Shown here: one piece after another, positions 9,656 through 22,304 of the stretch | How positions within the stretch are numbered: position 1 is the stretch's first letter | Layout: each line of letters begins with the position of its first letter | From: an uncultured Actinomycetes bacterium | Lineage (GTDB): Bacteria > Actinomycetota > Thermoleophilia > Gaiellales > JAICJC01 | DNA length: 64,000 nucleotides | NCBI GenBank assembly: GCA_963717845.1 | Contig: CAVQXH010000001.1 | Coordinates: 1,825,865-1,889,864 of the forward strand | Direction of reading: 5' to 3' | The notes under the pieces: generated by a model | The model's database searches: none | Seen by the model: the letters and a program-made list of their open reading frames with translations, nothing else | What the model was told of the DNA's origin: nothing | Made by a program: the position numbers and the translations under genes

Positions 9656-10369
9656 GTGGTGAGCGGACGCCTGAAGCGCCGGATTGTGATCGCAGCGGTC
9701 GTGCTCGGCGTTGTGGGGCTCGGAGGAACCGCCCTCGCCACGTCCTCCTCGGGCGGCAACTCGTTCCTGGACGATGTCGCCCACCGTCTGGGCATCTCCC
9801 CGGCGAAGCTGCAGCACGCCATCAACGGCGCACAGGCCGACCAGCTGAACACGCTCGTCAAGCAGGGCCGGCTGACCCGGGCCCAGGCAAACGCGATCGA
9901 GAAGCGCCTGAAGGCGCGTAACGGCGCGCCGTTCGCAGGCCCCTTCGGCGGCCCGTTCGGCGGCTTCCGCCACCACGGCTTCCGCGGCGGCCCGCATCCG
10001 TTCTTCGGCTTCGGCCTGATGGGGTCGCTGCAGTCGGCGGCTGCCTACCTGGGGATCTCGCCGGCAGCGCTCGGCAAGGACCTGCGGTCGGGCAAGACGT
10101 TCGCCGCGATCGCGAAGGCGAACGGCAAGTCGGTGAGCGGCCTGGAGACGGCGCTGCTCGCGCCGGCGAAGGCGCACCTCGACTCCGCCGTGAAGGCCGG
10201 CCGGCTGACGAAGAGCCAGGAGGGCAAGCTCGTGAAGATGCTCACCGGCGGGATCGACCGGCTGGTGACCCACGGCTTCCGCTTCGGCGGCCCGATGCAC
10301 CCTGACTGGGACGGCGACCACGGCATGCAGAACGGCGCCAAGCCGGCGCCCAGCGCCTTCGGTCTGTGA
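9656..10369 (+). CDS. secreted/anchored protein with two LTxxQ-containing repeats and Gly/Phe/His-rich tails (CpxP/Spy/ZraP- or DUF2680-like)
   Basis: GTG at 9656/9659 follows gaggagga. Signal/anchor: RRIVIAAVVLGVVGLGGTALA. Two modules share LGISPA.L ... GRLT(R/K)(A/S)Q ... HGFR.GGP. Confidence 0.75.
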   Translation: MVSGRLKRRIVIAAVVLGVVGLGGTALATSSSGGNSFLDDVAHRLGISPAKLQHAINGAQADQLNTLVKQGRLTRAQANAIEKRLKARNGAPFAGPFGGPFGGFRHHGFRGGPHPFFGFGLMGSLQSAAAYLGISPAALGKDLRSGKTFAAIAKANGKSVSGLETALLAPAKAHLDSAVKAGRLTKSQEGKLVKMLTGGIDRLVTHGFRFGGPMHPDWDGDHGMQNGAKPAPSAFGL

Positions 10370-10370
10370 G

Positions 10371-10778
10371 CTAAGCCCCGGCCGGCACGAGCACGCTCGC
10401 CTCGCCGTCGACCACCTGCGTCTCGCCGACCCACGCCCGCGTCGCCAGGGTCGCACGCCGCCTGCCCTCGTCCCAGGCCGTCACCTCGACCTCGCAGCGG
10501 ACGTCGTCGCCGGGCCGCACGGGAGCCGTGAACCGCAGTTGCTGGCCGAGGTAGATCGTGCCCGGACCGGGCAGCTCGCTCGCGATCAGGGCCGAGAAGT
10601 ACGCCGCGGTGAGCATGCCGTGGGCGACGCGGCCGCGAAAGGGCGTCGTGGCCGCATAGGCGTCGTCGAGGTGCACCGGGTTGCGGTCGCCCGACACGGC
10701 GGCGAACGCCTCGATCGTCGCGTCCGAGACATGCACCGTGCGCTCGGCCCGGCTGCCGACCCGAAGCGGCCCGCTCAC
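10371..10778 (-). CDS. MaoC-like (R)-specific enoyl-CoA hydratase / dehydratase
   Basis: This is the C-terminal 135 aa of ORF 10371..11453: FAAVSGDRNPVHLDDAYAATTPFRGRVAHGML (hot-dog hydratase motif). The GTG at 10778 overlaps the stop of the upstream SDR gene (ATGTGA). Confidence 0.85.
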   Translation of the reverse strand: MSGPLRVGSRAERTVHVSDATIEAFAAVSGDRNPVHLDDAYAATTPFRGRVAHGMLTAAYFSALIASELPGPGTIYLGQQLRFTAPVRPGDDVRCEVEVTAWDEGRRRATLATRAWVGETQVVDGEASVLVPAGA

Positions 10779-11518
10779 ATGTACAGCCCACCGTTGATGT
10801 CGAGGCACGTGCCCGTCATGTAGTCGCCCTCGGACGCGACGAACACCGCGGCCTGCGCGATCTCGCCGGGGCGGGCGAAGCGGCCGAGCGGCACCCGCGC
10901 GAGCAGCCGCTCCCGGATCGGCTCGGGCACGCTCGCGAGCATGTCGGTGTCGGTGAACCCGGGGCAGATGCAGTTGGCCGTGACGCCGAACCGGGCCAGT
11001 TCGAGCGCGAGCGACTTCGTCCAGGCGATCAGGCCGCCCTTCGCCGCCGCGTAGTTGGCCTGGCCGAAGTTGCCGAGCTCGCCGACGAAGCTCGAGACGG
11101 TGACGATCCGGCCGAAGCCGGCCGCGCACATGGGCTCGACCACGGCCCGCGTCACCCGGTGCGTGCCGGTCAGGTTGACGTCGATGACCGCGGTGAAGTC
11201 CTCGTCGGTCATCTTGCGCACCGTCGCGTCGCGGGTCACGCCGGCGTTGTTCACCAGGACGTCGATGCGGCCGAACGCCTCGATCGCCGCGGCGGCGAGC
11301 GCGGGCCCGGTGGCGGGATCGGCGATCGAGCCGGCCACCGCGATCGCCCGGCCGCCGCCGGCGGTCACGGCCGCCGCCAGCTCCTCGGCGGCCTCCCGCG
11401 ACGCGTTGTGGTTGACCACGAGCGCGCATCCGCGCTCGGCCAGGAGCTCGCACACCGCGCGGCCGATGCCGCGGGCGCCGCCCGTCACGATCGCCGCTCT
11501 GCCGTCGAGGTCTGCCAC
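10775..11518 (-). CDS. fabG: SDR family 3-oxoacyl-[ACP]/acyl-CoA reductase (FabG-like)
   Basis: AAIVTGGARGIGRAV (TGxxxGxG), NNAG, and S..YAAAKGG catalytic motifs are present. I chose the start at GTG 11518 (VADLDGRAAIVTGG). The ORF upstream of that is junk. Confidence 0.9.
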   Translation of the reverse strand: MADLDGRAAIVTGGARGIGRAVCELLAERGCALVVNHNASREAAEELAAAVTAGGGRAIAVAGSIADPATGPALAAAAIEAFGRIDVLVNNAGVTRDATVRKMTDEDFTAVIDVNLTGTHRVTRAVVEPMCAAGFGRIVTVSSFVGELGNFGQANYAAAKGGLIAWTKSLALELARFGVTANCICPGFTDTDMLASVPEPIRERLLARVPLGRFARPGEIAQAAVFVASEGDYMTGTCLDINGGLYM

Positions 11519-11543
11519 CAGACGGCGATTGTATGCAGCCGGT

Positions 11544-12422
11544 TCAGCCCAGGTGCTCGACGAGGAACGCGAGCGTGCGCGCCCAGGCGTCGCGGGCGGC
11601 GCGGACGCGATATCGCGGCCGCGTGTCGTTGAAGAAGCCGTGCGGCGCGCCCCGGTAGACGTGGTGGTCGAAGCGCTTGCCCGCGCGCTCCATCGCCTCG
11701 GCGAACGGGGGCACGCTGGCCGTGATGCGGGTGTCCTTGCCGCCGTAGAGGCCCAGGAGGGGGCTGGCGATGCGGCCGACACGCCCGGCCGGCGGGGCCG
11801 TGCCGTAGAAGACGACCGCGGCGTGCAGATCGGGCTCGCCGCACGCCAGCAGGCCGGCCAGCCGGCCGCCCATCGAGAAGCCCAGGGCGCCGATCTGGCC
11901 GTTGCAGTCGGGATGGTCGCGCAGGTGGGCGACCGCCCCGCGCAGCTGGGCGACGAAGGAGTCGGGGGCCTCGACGGTGGAGCGCACGGCCGCGAGCGAC
12001 TCCTCGATGCGGCCGCGCTCGGTCTCCGGCAGCGTGGCGAGCGCGTGCGCGCGCACCTCCGGATCGACCAGGCCGCCGGGGGGCAGGGAGTCGGCCAGCC
12101 GCTTCAGCGCGCCGACGCGGTCGGCCGCGAGCTCGGCCGGGCGGCCGTCCCCGTGGGCGTAGAGATCGGGGACGAGCGCCAGGTAGCCGGCGGCGGCGAT
12201 GCGGTCGGCCACGTCGCGGATGTGAGCGTCGGCGCCCCAGGCGCCGTGCACCACGATCACCGCCGGCAGCGCTCCCCGGGCCGCGGCGGGCCGGACCATG
12301 CCGGCAGGCGTGGCTGAGCCGTTGCTCGCAAAGCTCGTCTGCGAGATGGAGTGCTGCACGCCGTCCCCCCGGGTCGCGTCCTCGACCACCGCAGCATAGC
12401 AGCAGAAGCTTGCATGTGACAA
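11544..12422 (-). CDS. dienelactone hydrolase family protein
   Basis: PAVIVVHGAWG..GALGFSMGG (nucleophile elbow)..LLGLYGGKD..GAPHGFFND. The start may instead be GTG 12389, because 12422 sits inside the divergent marR promoter. Confidence 0.8.
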   Translation of the reverse strand: MSHASFCCYAAVVEDATRGDGVQHSISQTSFASNGSATPAGMVRPAAARGALPAVIVVHGAWGADAHIRDVADRIAAAGYLALVPDLYAHGDGRPAELAADRVGALKRLADSLPPGGLVDPEVRAHALATLPETERGRIEESLAAVRSTVEAPDSFVAQLRGAVAHLRDHPDCNGQIGALGFSMGGRLAGLLACGEPDLHAAVVFYGTAPPAGRVGRIASPLLGLYGGKDTRITASVPPFAEAMERAGKRFDHHVYRGAPHGFFNDTRPRYRVRAARDAWARTLAFLVEHLG

Positions 12423-12438
12423 ACAACTTTGCTACGTT
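12410..12438 (+). promoter_or_regulatory. putative promoter of a leaderless marR transcript (TTGCAT-17nt-TACGTT; start codon 6 nt after the -10)
   Basis: TTGCAT at 12410-15, a 17-nt spacer, TACGTT at 12433-38, then gaggcc, then the ATG at 12445. No Shine-Dalgarno sequence is present. Confidence 0.5.
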
Positions 12439-12444
12439 GAGGCC

Positions 12445-15353
<2,909 letters not shown>

Positions 15354-15361
15354 CGGCGAAG

Positions 15362-15420
15362 CTTAGGACGAGACCGATGAATTCTCGCCTTGCAGGGAAT
15401 TTACGTCCGTCTTAGGATGA
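15362..15420 (+). promoter_or_regulatory. direct repeat CTTAGGA(C/T)GA x2 (15362-71 and 15411-20) upstream of, and overlapping, the response-regulator start
   Basis: The two 10-mers differ at one position and lie 49 nt apart in an AT-enriched divergent intergenic region. OmpR-family regulators typically bind direct repeats. Confidence 0.35.
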
Positions 15421-16112
15421 CGATCGATACTTTGGCTGTGGAAGTCCTGATAGTCGATGACGAGCCGGCGGTGGTCGACGCGCTCGACCGCGCGCTCGTG
15501 CAGGAGGGCTACTCGGTCGTCTCGGCCGGAGACGGCCGGTCGGCGCTCGAGCGCGTGGCCAGCGCCCACCCGGACGCCGTCATCCTGGACGTGATGATGC
15601 CGCACATGAGCGGCCTCGAGGTGTGCCGGCGGCTGCGCGCGAGCGGCGATCGCACGCCGGTGCTGATGCTGACGGCGCGCGACCAGGTCACCGACCGCGT
15701 CGCCGGTCTCGACGCCGGCGCCGACGACTACCTGGCCAAGCCGTTCGCGCTCGAGGAGCTGCTGGCGCGGCTGCGCGCGCTGCTGCGGCGCACGACGGCC
15801 GACGACGGCCAGGGCGTGCTGCGGTTCGCCGATCTCACCATCGACCCCACCACGTACGAGGCCCGCCGCGGCGACCGCGTCATCGAGACCACCCGCACCG
15901 AGTACCTCCTGCTCGAGCTGCTCATGCAGCACCCGCGCCAGGTGCTGACCCGGGCCACGATCTTCGAGCGCGTGTGGGGGTATGACTTCGGCTACGCGTC
16001 CAACTCGCTCGACGTCTACATCGGCTATCTGCGCCGCAAGACCGAGGCGGGCGGCGAGCCGCGCCTGATCCACACCAAGCGCGGCATCGGCTACGTGCTG
16101 CGGGAGCCGTGA
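15417..16112 (+). CDS. OmpR/PhoB-family response regulator
   Basis: [41 protein letters not shown] receiver domain plus a C-terminal winged helix ([33 protein letters not shown]). Confidence 0.92.
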   Translation: MTIDTLAVEVLIVDDEPAVVDALDRALVQEGYSVVSAGDGRSALERVASAHPDAVILDVMMPHMSGLEVCRRLRASGDRTPVLMLTARDQVTDRVAGLDAGADDYLAKPFALEELLARLRALLRRTTADDGQGVLRFADLTIDPTTYEARRGDRVIETTRTEYLLLELLMQHPRQVLTRATIFERVWGYDFGYASNSLDVYIGYLRRKTEAGGEPRLIHTKRGIGYVLREP

Positions 16113-17467
16113 GCTTTCGCCTGCGCCTGACGCTGTCGGTGGCCGCGGCGGTGGCCCTGGCGGTGGCGGCGGCGTGCGCCGTCGCCTACGTCGTCGTCGG
16201 CGAGCAGCTCTACAGCCAGATCGACTCGGGCCTGCGCACGGAGTCTGCGCGCGTGCAGCAGCGGATCGCCGAGCCCTTCTTCCGCATCCCGCCCACGGGA
16301 CTCTTCTCGGGCACCGAGAACGACTACATGCAGGTGGTGGCGCCGGACGGGACGATCATCGCGCAGTCGAGCGGGATCAACGGCAAGCTGCCGATCACGC
16401 AGGGGGCGATCGCCGCCGCCCGTGGGCGACAGGGGCTGACGCTGAGCGACATGACGGTGCAGGGCATCCACCTGCGCGTTGCGACGGTCACGCTGCCCGG
16501 GGGCAATGCGTCGCTCCAGATCGCGCATCGCCTGACCGACGCCGATGTCGTCCTCTCGAAGCTGCGCATCTGGTTCCTGCTGGTCGCCGTCGGCGGCGTC
16601 GCGCTGGCGGCGCTGCTCGGGGCCTTCGTGGCGCGCGACGCGCTGCGGCCGGTGCGGCGGCTGACCGAGGAGGCCGAGCACGTCGCCGAGACGTACGACC
16701 TCTCCCGCCGCATCGAGGTGTCGGGCAGCGACGAGCTGACCAGGCTCGCCGCGAGCTTCAACACCATGCTGGCCGCGCTCGAGCAGGCGGTCGCCGCCCA
16801 GCGCCAGCTCGTCGCCGACGCGTCGCACGAGCTGCGCACGCCGCTCACGAGCCTGCGCACGAACTTCGAGGTGCTGCTGCGGCCGGGGCCGCTGCCCGAC
16901 GAGAGCCGGCGCAAGCTCGTGCGCGACGTGCATCGCCAGTTCGACGAGATGGCCGCGCTCGTGGGCGACATCGTGGAGCTCGCGCGCGACGGCCAGCCGC
17001 AGAGCGAGGAGGACGAGGTGCGTCTCGATGTGCTCGTGGCCGACGCCGTCGAGCGGGCCGAGCGAAACGCGCACGACGTCAGCTTCCGGCTCGTCGCGCA
17101 GCCCACGCTGGTGCGGGGCGTGCCGGCGCGGCTCGACCGGGCCGTGACCAACCTGCTCGACAACGCCGCCAAGTGGAGCCCGGCCGGCGAGGTGGTCGAG
17201 GTCGAGGTCGCAGGCGGCACGGTGGGCGTGCGCGACCACGGGCCCGGCATCGCCGAGGATGACCTGCCGTTCATCTTCGATCGCTTCTACCGCTCCGCCG
17301 AGGCCCGCAGCATGCCCGGCTCCGGCCTGGGCCTCGCGATCGTGCGCCAGGTGGCCGAGACGCACGGCGGCCAGGTCACGGTGGAACGGCCCCCCGGCGG
17401 CGGCAGCCGCTTCGTGCTGACGGTGCCCGCGCTGCCGGTGCCGACCGAGGACCTCGTCGACGCGTGA
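16109..17467 (+). CDS. sensor histidine kinase (2 TM, HAMP, HisKA, HATPase_c)
   Basis: 4-nt GTGA overlap with the regulator gene. H-box ([14 protein letters not shown]), N-box ([10 protein letters not shown]), G1 (RDHGPGI) and G2 (GSGLGLAIV) are present. Confidence 0.92.
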   Translation: MSFRLRLTLSVAAAVALAVAAACAVAYVVVGEQLYSQIDSGLRTESARVQQRIAEPFFRIPPTGLFSGTENDYMQVVAPDGTIIAQSSGINGKLPITQGAIAAARGRQGLTLSDMTVQGIHLRVATVTLPGGNASLQIAHRLTDADVVLSKLRIWFLLVAVGGVALAALLGAFVARDALRPVRRLTEEAEHVAETYDLSRRIEVSGSDELTRLAASFNTMLAALEQAVAAQRQLVADASHELRTPLTSLRTNFEVLLRPGPLPDESRRKLVRDVHRQFDEMAALVGDIVELARDGQPQSEEDEVRLDVLVADAVERAERNAHDVSFRLVAQPTLVRGVPARLDRAVTNLLDNAAKWSPAGEVVEVEVAGGTVGVRDHGPGIAEDDLPFIFDRFYRSAEARSMPGSGLGLAIVRQVAETHGGQVTVERPPGGGSRFVLTVPALPVPTEDLVDA

Positions 17468-17675
17468 GCCGCCGTCGCGGCGCTGCCGTCAGCTGGAAGA
17501 TCTCGACAAAACCTTAGCCCGCCCTCAGACTGTTCTTAGGTGGGCTGTGTTCAATAGCACTCACAGCCCGCGTGACCTCCTCGGAGACGCCCGGGGTAGC
17601 CCGCGAGCCGGCTATCGGGAGACAAGCCGGCCGCTGGGCCCCCGGTGCATCGCAGGTCGCGTGGTGGGCGGTGAA

Positions 17676-17717
17676 CCCGCCCGGCTAACGGGTAACCCCT
17701 CCCCGTGGCCGGGCGGG
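17676..17717. terminator. strong GC hairpin (10-bp perfect stem cccgcccggc/gccgggcggg plus an inner 5-bp stem) just 3' of the minus-strand kinase stop
   Basis: Stem 17676-85 pairs with 17708-17; the inner stem is acggg/cccgt. No U-tract. An alternative helix gggcgg(17666-71)/ccgccc(17677-82) competes for the same bases. Confidence 0.45.
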
Positions 17718-17734
17718 AGATCGCCGCGGAAAGC

Positions 17735-19438
17735 TCAGGCGCCGGCGGCGGAGACGACGCAGGGCGTCTCGGCCTCGATCTCGGCGCCGGGGAGCTGGAA
17801 TGCGATCCGCGTGCCCTCGCCGGGGGCGGAGTCGATCTCGATCTCGCCGCCGGCGAGCCGGATCCGCTCGATCGTGGCGTCGAGGCCCAGGTGCATGCGG
17901 GTGCGGTGGCGGTCGAGCGCGCGGTGCACGTCGAACCCGCGGCCGTCGTCGGAGATGGTGCCGCCGCAGCGCGCCGTCCTCGTGGACGAGGGTCACCTCG
18001 AGCCGGTGGGCGCGGGCGTGGCGGCGCACGTTCGCGACCCCCTCTCGCACGATCCGGTAGACGAGCGTCTCGAACGCCTCCGAGTAGCGCGGCACGTCGA
18101 CGTGCGCGTCCACCTCGAGGCCGAGCTCGTGGTTGGCGTGGTCGACCAGATCGCGGACGGCGTGCGCGAGGCCGTGCGCCTCGAGCAGCGGCGGGCGCAG
18201 CTCGAACATCAGCCGGCGGGTGCGCTCCAGGGCCAGGGCCAGGGTGTCGCGGGCCCGCACCGCGGCCTGGGCGGCGGCCTCGGGCTGGCCGCGCTCGTCG
18301 GACAGGCGCTGGCGGTCGAGCGAGAGCAGCGTCGCGGTCAGCACCTGGACCGTGTCGTCGTGCAGCTCCTCGGCGATCCGGGCGCGCTCGTCGGCCTCGG
18401 CGCGCAGCATCTGGTTCAGGACGAGCCGGCGCTGCTCCTCGGCATCGAGCAGGGCCGTGCGCAGCTGCTCGCTCTCGCGCAGCCGGCGGAAGCTCAGCGA
18501 GACGCGCACCGCGACCGCCAGCAGGACGAGCACCGAGAGCACCATCGCCACCTGGTTGGCCGCGTTGATCAGGTCGAGCGCCTGCAGGGTCACCGCGATC
18601 AGTGCGAAGACCGCCGTGAACCCGACCACCGGCCGTGCCGGCGTCGCCCGCGGCTGCGCCTGAGGGCACGATCGCCGCGGTCGCCATCAGCGCCGCCGCG
18701 AGCGGGACGAGCGTCTGCCGCCATCCTCCCGGCAAGCCCGGCGACCGCCGCGGTGCCGTGGTAGAGCGAGAGCGCGTCGGCGGCCACGAGCACGACGCCG
18801 CCGGCGAAGAGCAGCCAGCGCTCGCGCTGCCCGCGCGACGCGGCGAGCGCGGCGCAGCCGGCCATCACGCCGAGCAGCGCCAGGTCGGACGCGACCCAGA
18901 TCCCGTCGACGGCGATCCCCCGCACCTGCTGGTGGGTGTGGGCGAGCAGCGGCCGCAGGCCGACCTCGGCCGCGACGGCGGCCAGAGTTACGCCGCCGAT
19001 CAGCCCGTCGACCACGAGGCCGGCGTCGAAGCGGGCGGCGCGGCTGCGGGCCAGCAGCACGACGCAGGCGATCACGAACGGGTAGAAGGTCAGCCAGAGC
19101 AGCCCGGCCGACGGCGTGAACGACGCCATCCCCTGGTGCAGCCGCGGCGCCGCCGCGATCGAGACGGTTCCGTAGCCGACGAGGCCGACGGCGAGCGCGG
19201 CCCACGCCGCCCGGTCGGCGCGGTCGGCGAGAGCGCGGCCGAGCACGGCCAGGCCGCACAGCACCATCGCGACGGCGTACAGCCTCGCGTCGACGGCCGA
19301 GCCGGCCCACGAGCCCGCCGGTCCGAGGGCGACCCGGGCGACATGCACCGCGGCCAGCCCCACCGCGGCGGCGGGGAGGGCGGCCAGCAGCAGATGGCGG
19401 CGGCGCCGGAGATGCGGATATGCCGAGACGACTTGCAT
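17735..19438 (-). pseudogene. NarL-type (HisKA_3) sensor histidine kinase with a multi-TM N-terminal domain; three +1 frame breaks; no cognate regulator gene adjacent
   Basis: Four ORF pieces join by +1 steps: 18599..19516 (TM region from MQVVSAYPHL), 17551..18735 (LPGGWRQTLVPLAAALMATAAIVP), 17685..18629 (..AEELHDDTVQVL H-box..REGVANVRRHA) and 17735..17929 (DDGRGFD-type tail..GLDATIERIRLAGGEIEIDSAPGEGTRIAF). The junctions are at ~18735, ~18630 and ~17963. Confidence 0.7.
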
Positions 19439-19605
19439 GTCTGGTATCGTCGCTGACTCGGCCGCCGCTCCGTCTCCCCGCTTCGGGGGATCGTCCGTCC
19501 CCCCTCGTGGTGACACACTGAATTCTTACATAAGCAGGCTTTTTTTGACTATCGCACAGGTCCTGCCAGCGCCGCAGCGCGCGCGATCGGTCGTACACTC
19601 CGGGG

Positions 19606-19839
19606 ATGCCCGCCTTCAGGATCGAGCGCAACGACCGGGGGCGCCTGTCGCGTGCGCACGATCGGGTGCTGCGGCGACCCCGGCCGCTGAGCGCGCGAGT
19701 ACGACCAGGCCTTCCTCGAGCAGACGCTCGCCGAGGGCGGCACGCTCGTCTCGACGGGCCCGGACGGGGTCGAGCTGATCGATCGCCGCGGCCGCACCCA
19801 CCGGCTCGGCCCGCGCGTCACGCGTCCGGCTCAGTCTGA
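19606..19839 (+). CDS. small hypothetical protein (possibly frame-broken near ~19695)
   Basis: The ATG lies 6 nt after a TACACT -10-like hexamer (leaderless layout). GC3 is high in MPAFRIERNDRGRLSRAHDRVLRRPRPL. The +1 frame continues plausibly (EYDQAFLEQTLAEGGTLVSTGPDGVELIDRRGRTHRLGP). The true 3' end is unresolved, and the ORF overlaps the unlikely tail of the antisense ATPase ORF. Confidence 0.3.
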   Translation: MPAFRIERNDRGRLSRAHDRVLRRPRPLSARVRPGLPRADARRGRHARLDGPGRGRADRSPRPHPPARPARHASGSV

Positions 19840-22241
19840 GGCCGGCGGCTCGCCGCTTCGACGCTCGGGCGGGGCGCGTCTGGGGCGGATGCGGGTACGG
19901 CGAGAGGCCGGCCCAGGCCATCAGCCGGATCCCGGCGATGGTCGCGACGATCATGATCAGGGCGTCCAGCAGGTCGGGCTGGGCGAGGGCGAAGAAGTCG
20001 CGCGCCGGCTCGGCGCTCAGCGTCCCCAGGTAGGCGGCCCCGAGCGCGCCGACGAGCGCCACGATGCCGATCGCGTACGACCGGCTGGCCGCCATCCGCT
20101 CGGGGTCGAGGACGAGCAGCAGGTAGAGGCCCAGGGCGACGAACACGGTGACCGCGGCGGTGCGCGCGTCGGTGATCGACCGCACCCGCACGGCCCGCTC
20201 GAGCAGGTAGGCGGCCAGCACCGCGGCCGCCATCACCGCGCCGGCCGGGATCGAGAACCGGGCCACGCCGGCGCAGGAACGAGCTCTGTGTCGGGGCGTT
20301 CGGTCGACGGGATCAGCGCGATCACGAAGCCGGGGATGCCGACGGTGACCGTGGCGGCCAGCGTCAGGTGGCGCGGCAGCAGCGGGAAGCCGGCCGTGGT
20401 GAGCCCGAACGTCAGGATCACGAAGGCCGCGAACACGGTCTTCGTCACGAACAGGCGCGCGACCCGGTGGATGTTCAGGATGATCTGGCGGCCCTCGCCG
20501 ATCGCCGCGGGCACGGCGGCGAAGCTGTCGGTGACGAGCACGCTGTCGGCCACGCTCTTGGCCATCTGCGCGCCGCTGCCGAGCGCGATCGCGAGGCGCG
20601 AGCCCTTCATCGCCGGGACGTCGTTCACGCCGTCGCCGATCATGGCCACGTACCGGCCGGAGCCCGCCAGCGCCTCGATCAGCATCCGCTTGTGCTGCGG
20701 GGAGAGGCGGGCGAAGACGGTCGACCCGGTGGCCGCGAGCGCGAGCTCGGCGCCCGGCTCGGGCAGGTCGGCGCCGTCGACCGGCGGCCCTTCGACCTCG
20801 ATTCCGGCCCGCTCGGCGACCGCGGCCACGGTGGTGGGCGAGTCGCCGGACATCACCTTGACGGCGACGCCCTGGTCGCGCAGGAAGGCGATCGTCGCGG
20901 CCGCCTCGGGCCGGACGTGCTCCTCGAGCACGATCACGGCCAGCGGCTCGATCGCGGGCGGGGGAGCGCCGTCGGCTCCCGGCGCGGTGAGCTCGGCCGG
21001 CGTGCTCCCGAGCACCAGCGTGCGCCTGCCGGCGCGCTCGTGCTCGGCCACGAGGGCGGGCGCCGCGTCGCCCCGAGCAGGACGTCCGGCGCGCCCAGCA
21101 CGAGCGTGTGGTCGTCGCCCTCGAGGCGGCAGGCGCTCCACTTCCACCGCGACGAGAAGGGCACCTCGGAGACGGCCGGCCGGGCGGTGCCCGGCAGTGC
21201 CGCCGCGATCGCGTCCACCGTGTCGTTGCGCGACGTCGTGCTCGCGGCGAAGTCGCGCACGTGGCGCTCGGCGTCGGCCGCGTCGGTCGTCCCGACAGGC
21301 GTCACGCCGTGCAGCGCCAGGGTGCCGTCGGTGAGCGTGCCCGTCTTGTCCATGCACACCGTGTCGACGTTTGCGAGCGACTCGACGGCGTTGAACGCCT
21401 GCACGAGCATGCCGCGGCCGGAGAGCCGCACCGCGGCGACGGCGAACGTGAGGCTCGTGAGCAGCACGAGCCCTTCCGGCACGAGCGTGACGATGCCGGC
21501 GGTCGCCGTGGCCGAGGCCGACCGAAACGGCGCGTGGTGGCGGATGAGCACCCACACGAAGGCCGCTCCGAGCGGGAGCATCACCGCCGTCGTCACGAGC
21601 AGGAGCCGGTTGATCTGGAGCTCGAGCGGCGAGCGCCGGTAGCGGAACTCGCGCGCCTCGCCCACGACCTGGGACGCGTAGCTCGACTCGCCCACACGGT
21701 TGACCAGGTACCGCCCGGCGCCCTCGACGCAGAACGACCCGGACAGGATCTCGTCGCCGACACCCTTCGCGACGGCCCGTGACTCGCCGGTGAGCTGCGA
21801 CTCGTCGAGCATGAGGGCCGAGCTCTCGACCACCGCGCCCGTCCGCCACCACCTGGTCGCCCGGGCGCAGCGCGACGACGTCGCCGTACGACGACCTCGC
21901 CCGCGGGAATCGGTCTGCTCGCGGCCGTCGCGGACGGCGCGCGCGTGCGGCGCCACCAGCAGCGCGAGCCGGTCGAGCGCGCGCTTGGCGCGGACGTCCT
22001 GGAGGATGCCGATGCCCGTGTTCGCCACCAGGACGCCTCCGAACAGGCCGTCCGCCGGCCTGCCCGCGGCCAGGATCACGACCCAGAACGCGCCCAGGAT
22101 GAGGTTGAAGAGCGTGAGCGTGTTCGACCGCACGATGCTCGCGTACGAGCGGCTCGTGACGGCCGGCTCCTGCGGTGGCGCCGCCTCCAGGCGGCGGCGG
22201 GCCTCGACCTCGGTGAGCCCGGTGAGCCTGGCTTCGGTCAC
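19616..22241 (-). pseudogene. P2-type (PEGL-motif) cation-transporting P-type ATPase with multiple frame breaks
   Basis: Motifs: CMDKTGTLTDG, MSGDSPTTV, MIGDGVNDVPAMK, LVPEGLVLL. The A-domain reads correctly only after three +1 steps (~21910, ~21887, ~21835: IPAGEVVV / GDVVALRPGDQVVADGR / VVESSALMLDESQLTGES). Further frame changes occur at ~21065, ~20283 and ~20265. The true 3' end is probably near ~19860 rather than 19616. Confidence 0.75.
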
Positions 22242-22304
22242 CCCCCCGAGTCTAGGGACTCGCCGTCGGGCACCCTCCCCGCTCCGAGGTAGTTGATGGT
22301 CCGC

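Noticed and set aside
17585-17730. Possible cobalamin riboswitch, SRP RNA or RNase P RNA in the structured spacer
   Set aside because: ggcggtgaacccgcc and gggagacaagccgg superficially resemble cobalamin-riboswitch elements, but they are in the wrong order and the GGGAA/CCCGCCACUGU core is missing. No SRP GGAAG..AGCA motif and no RNase P GAGGAAAGUCC motif is present on either strand. The spacer is kept only as an unexplained structured region.
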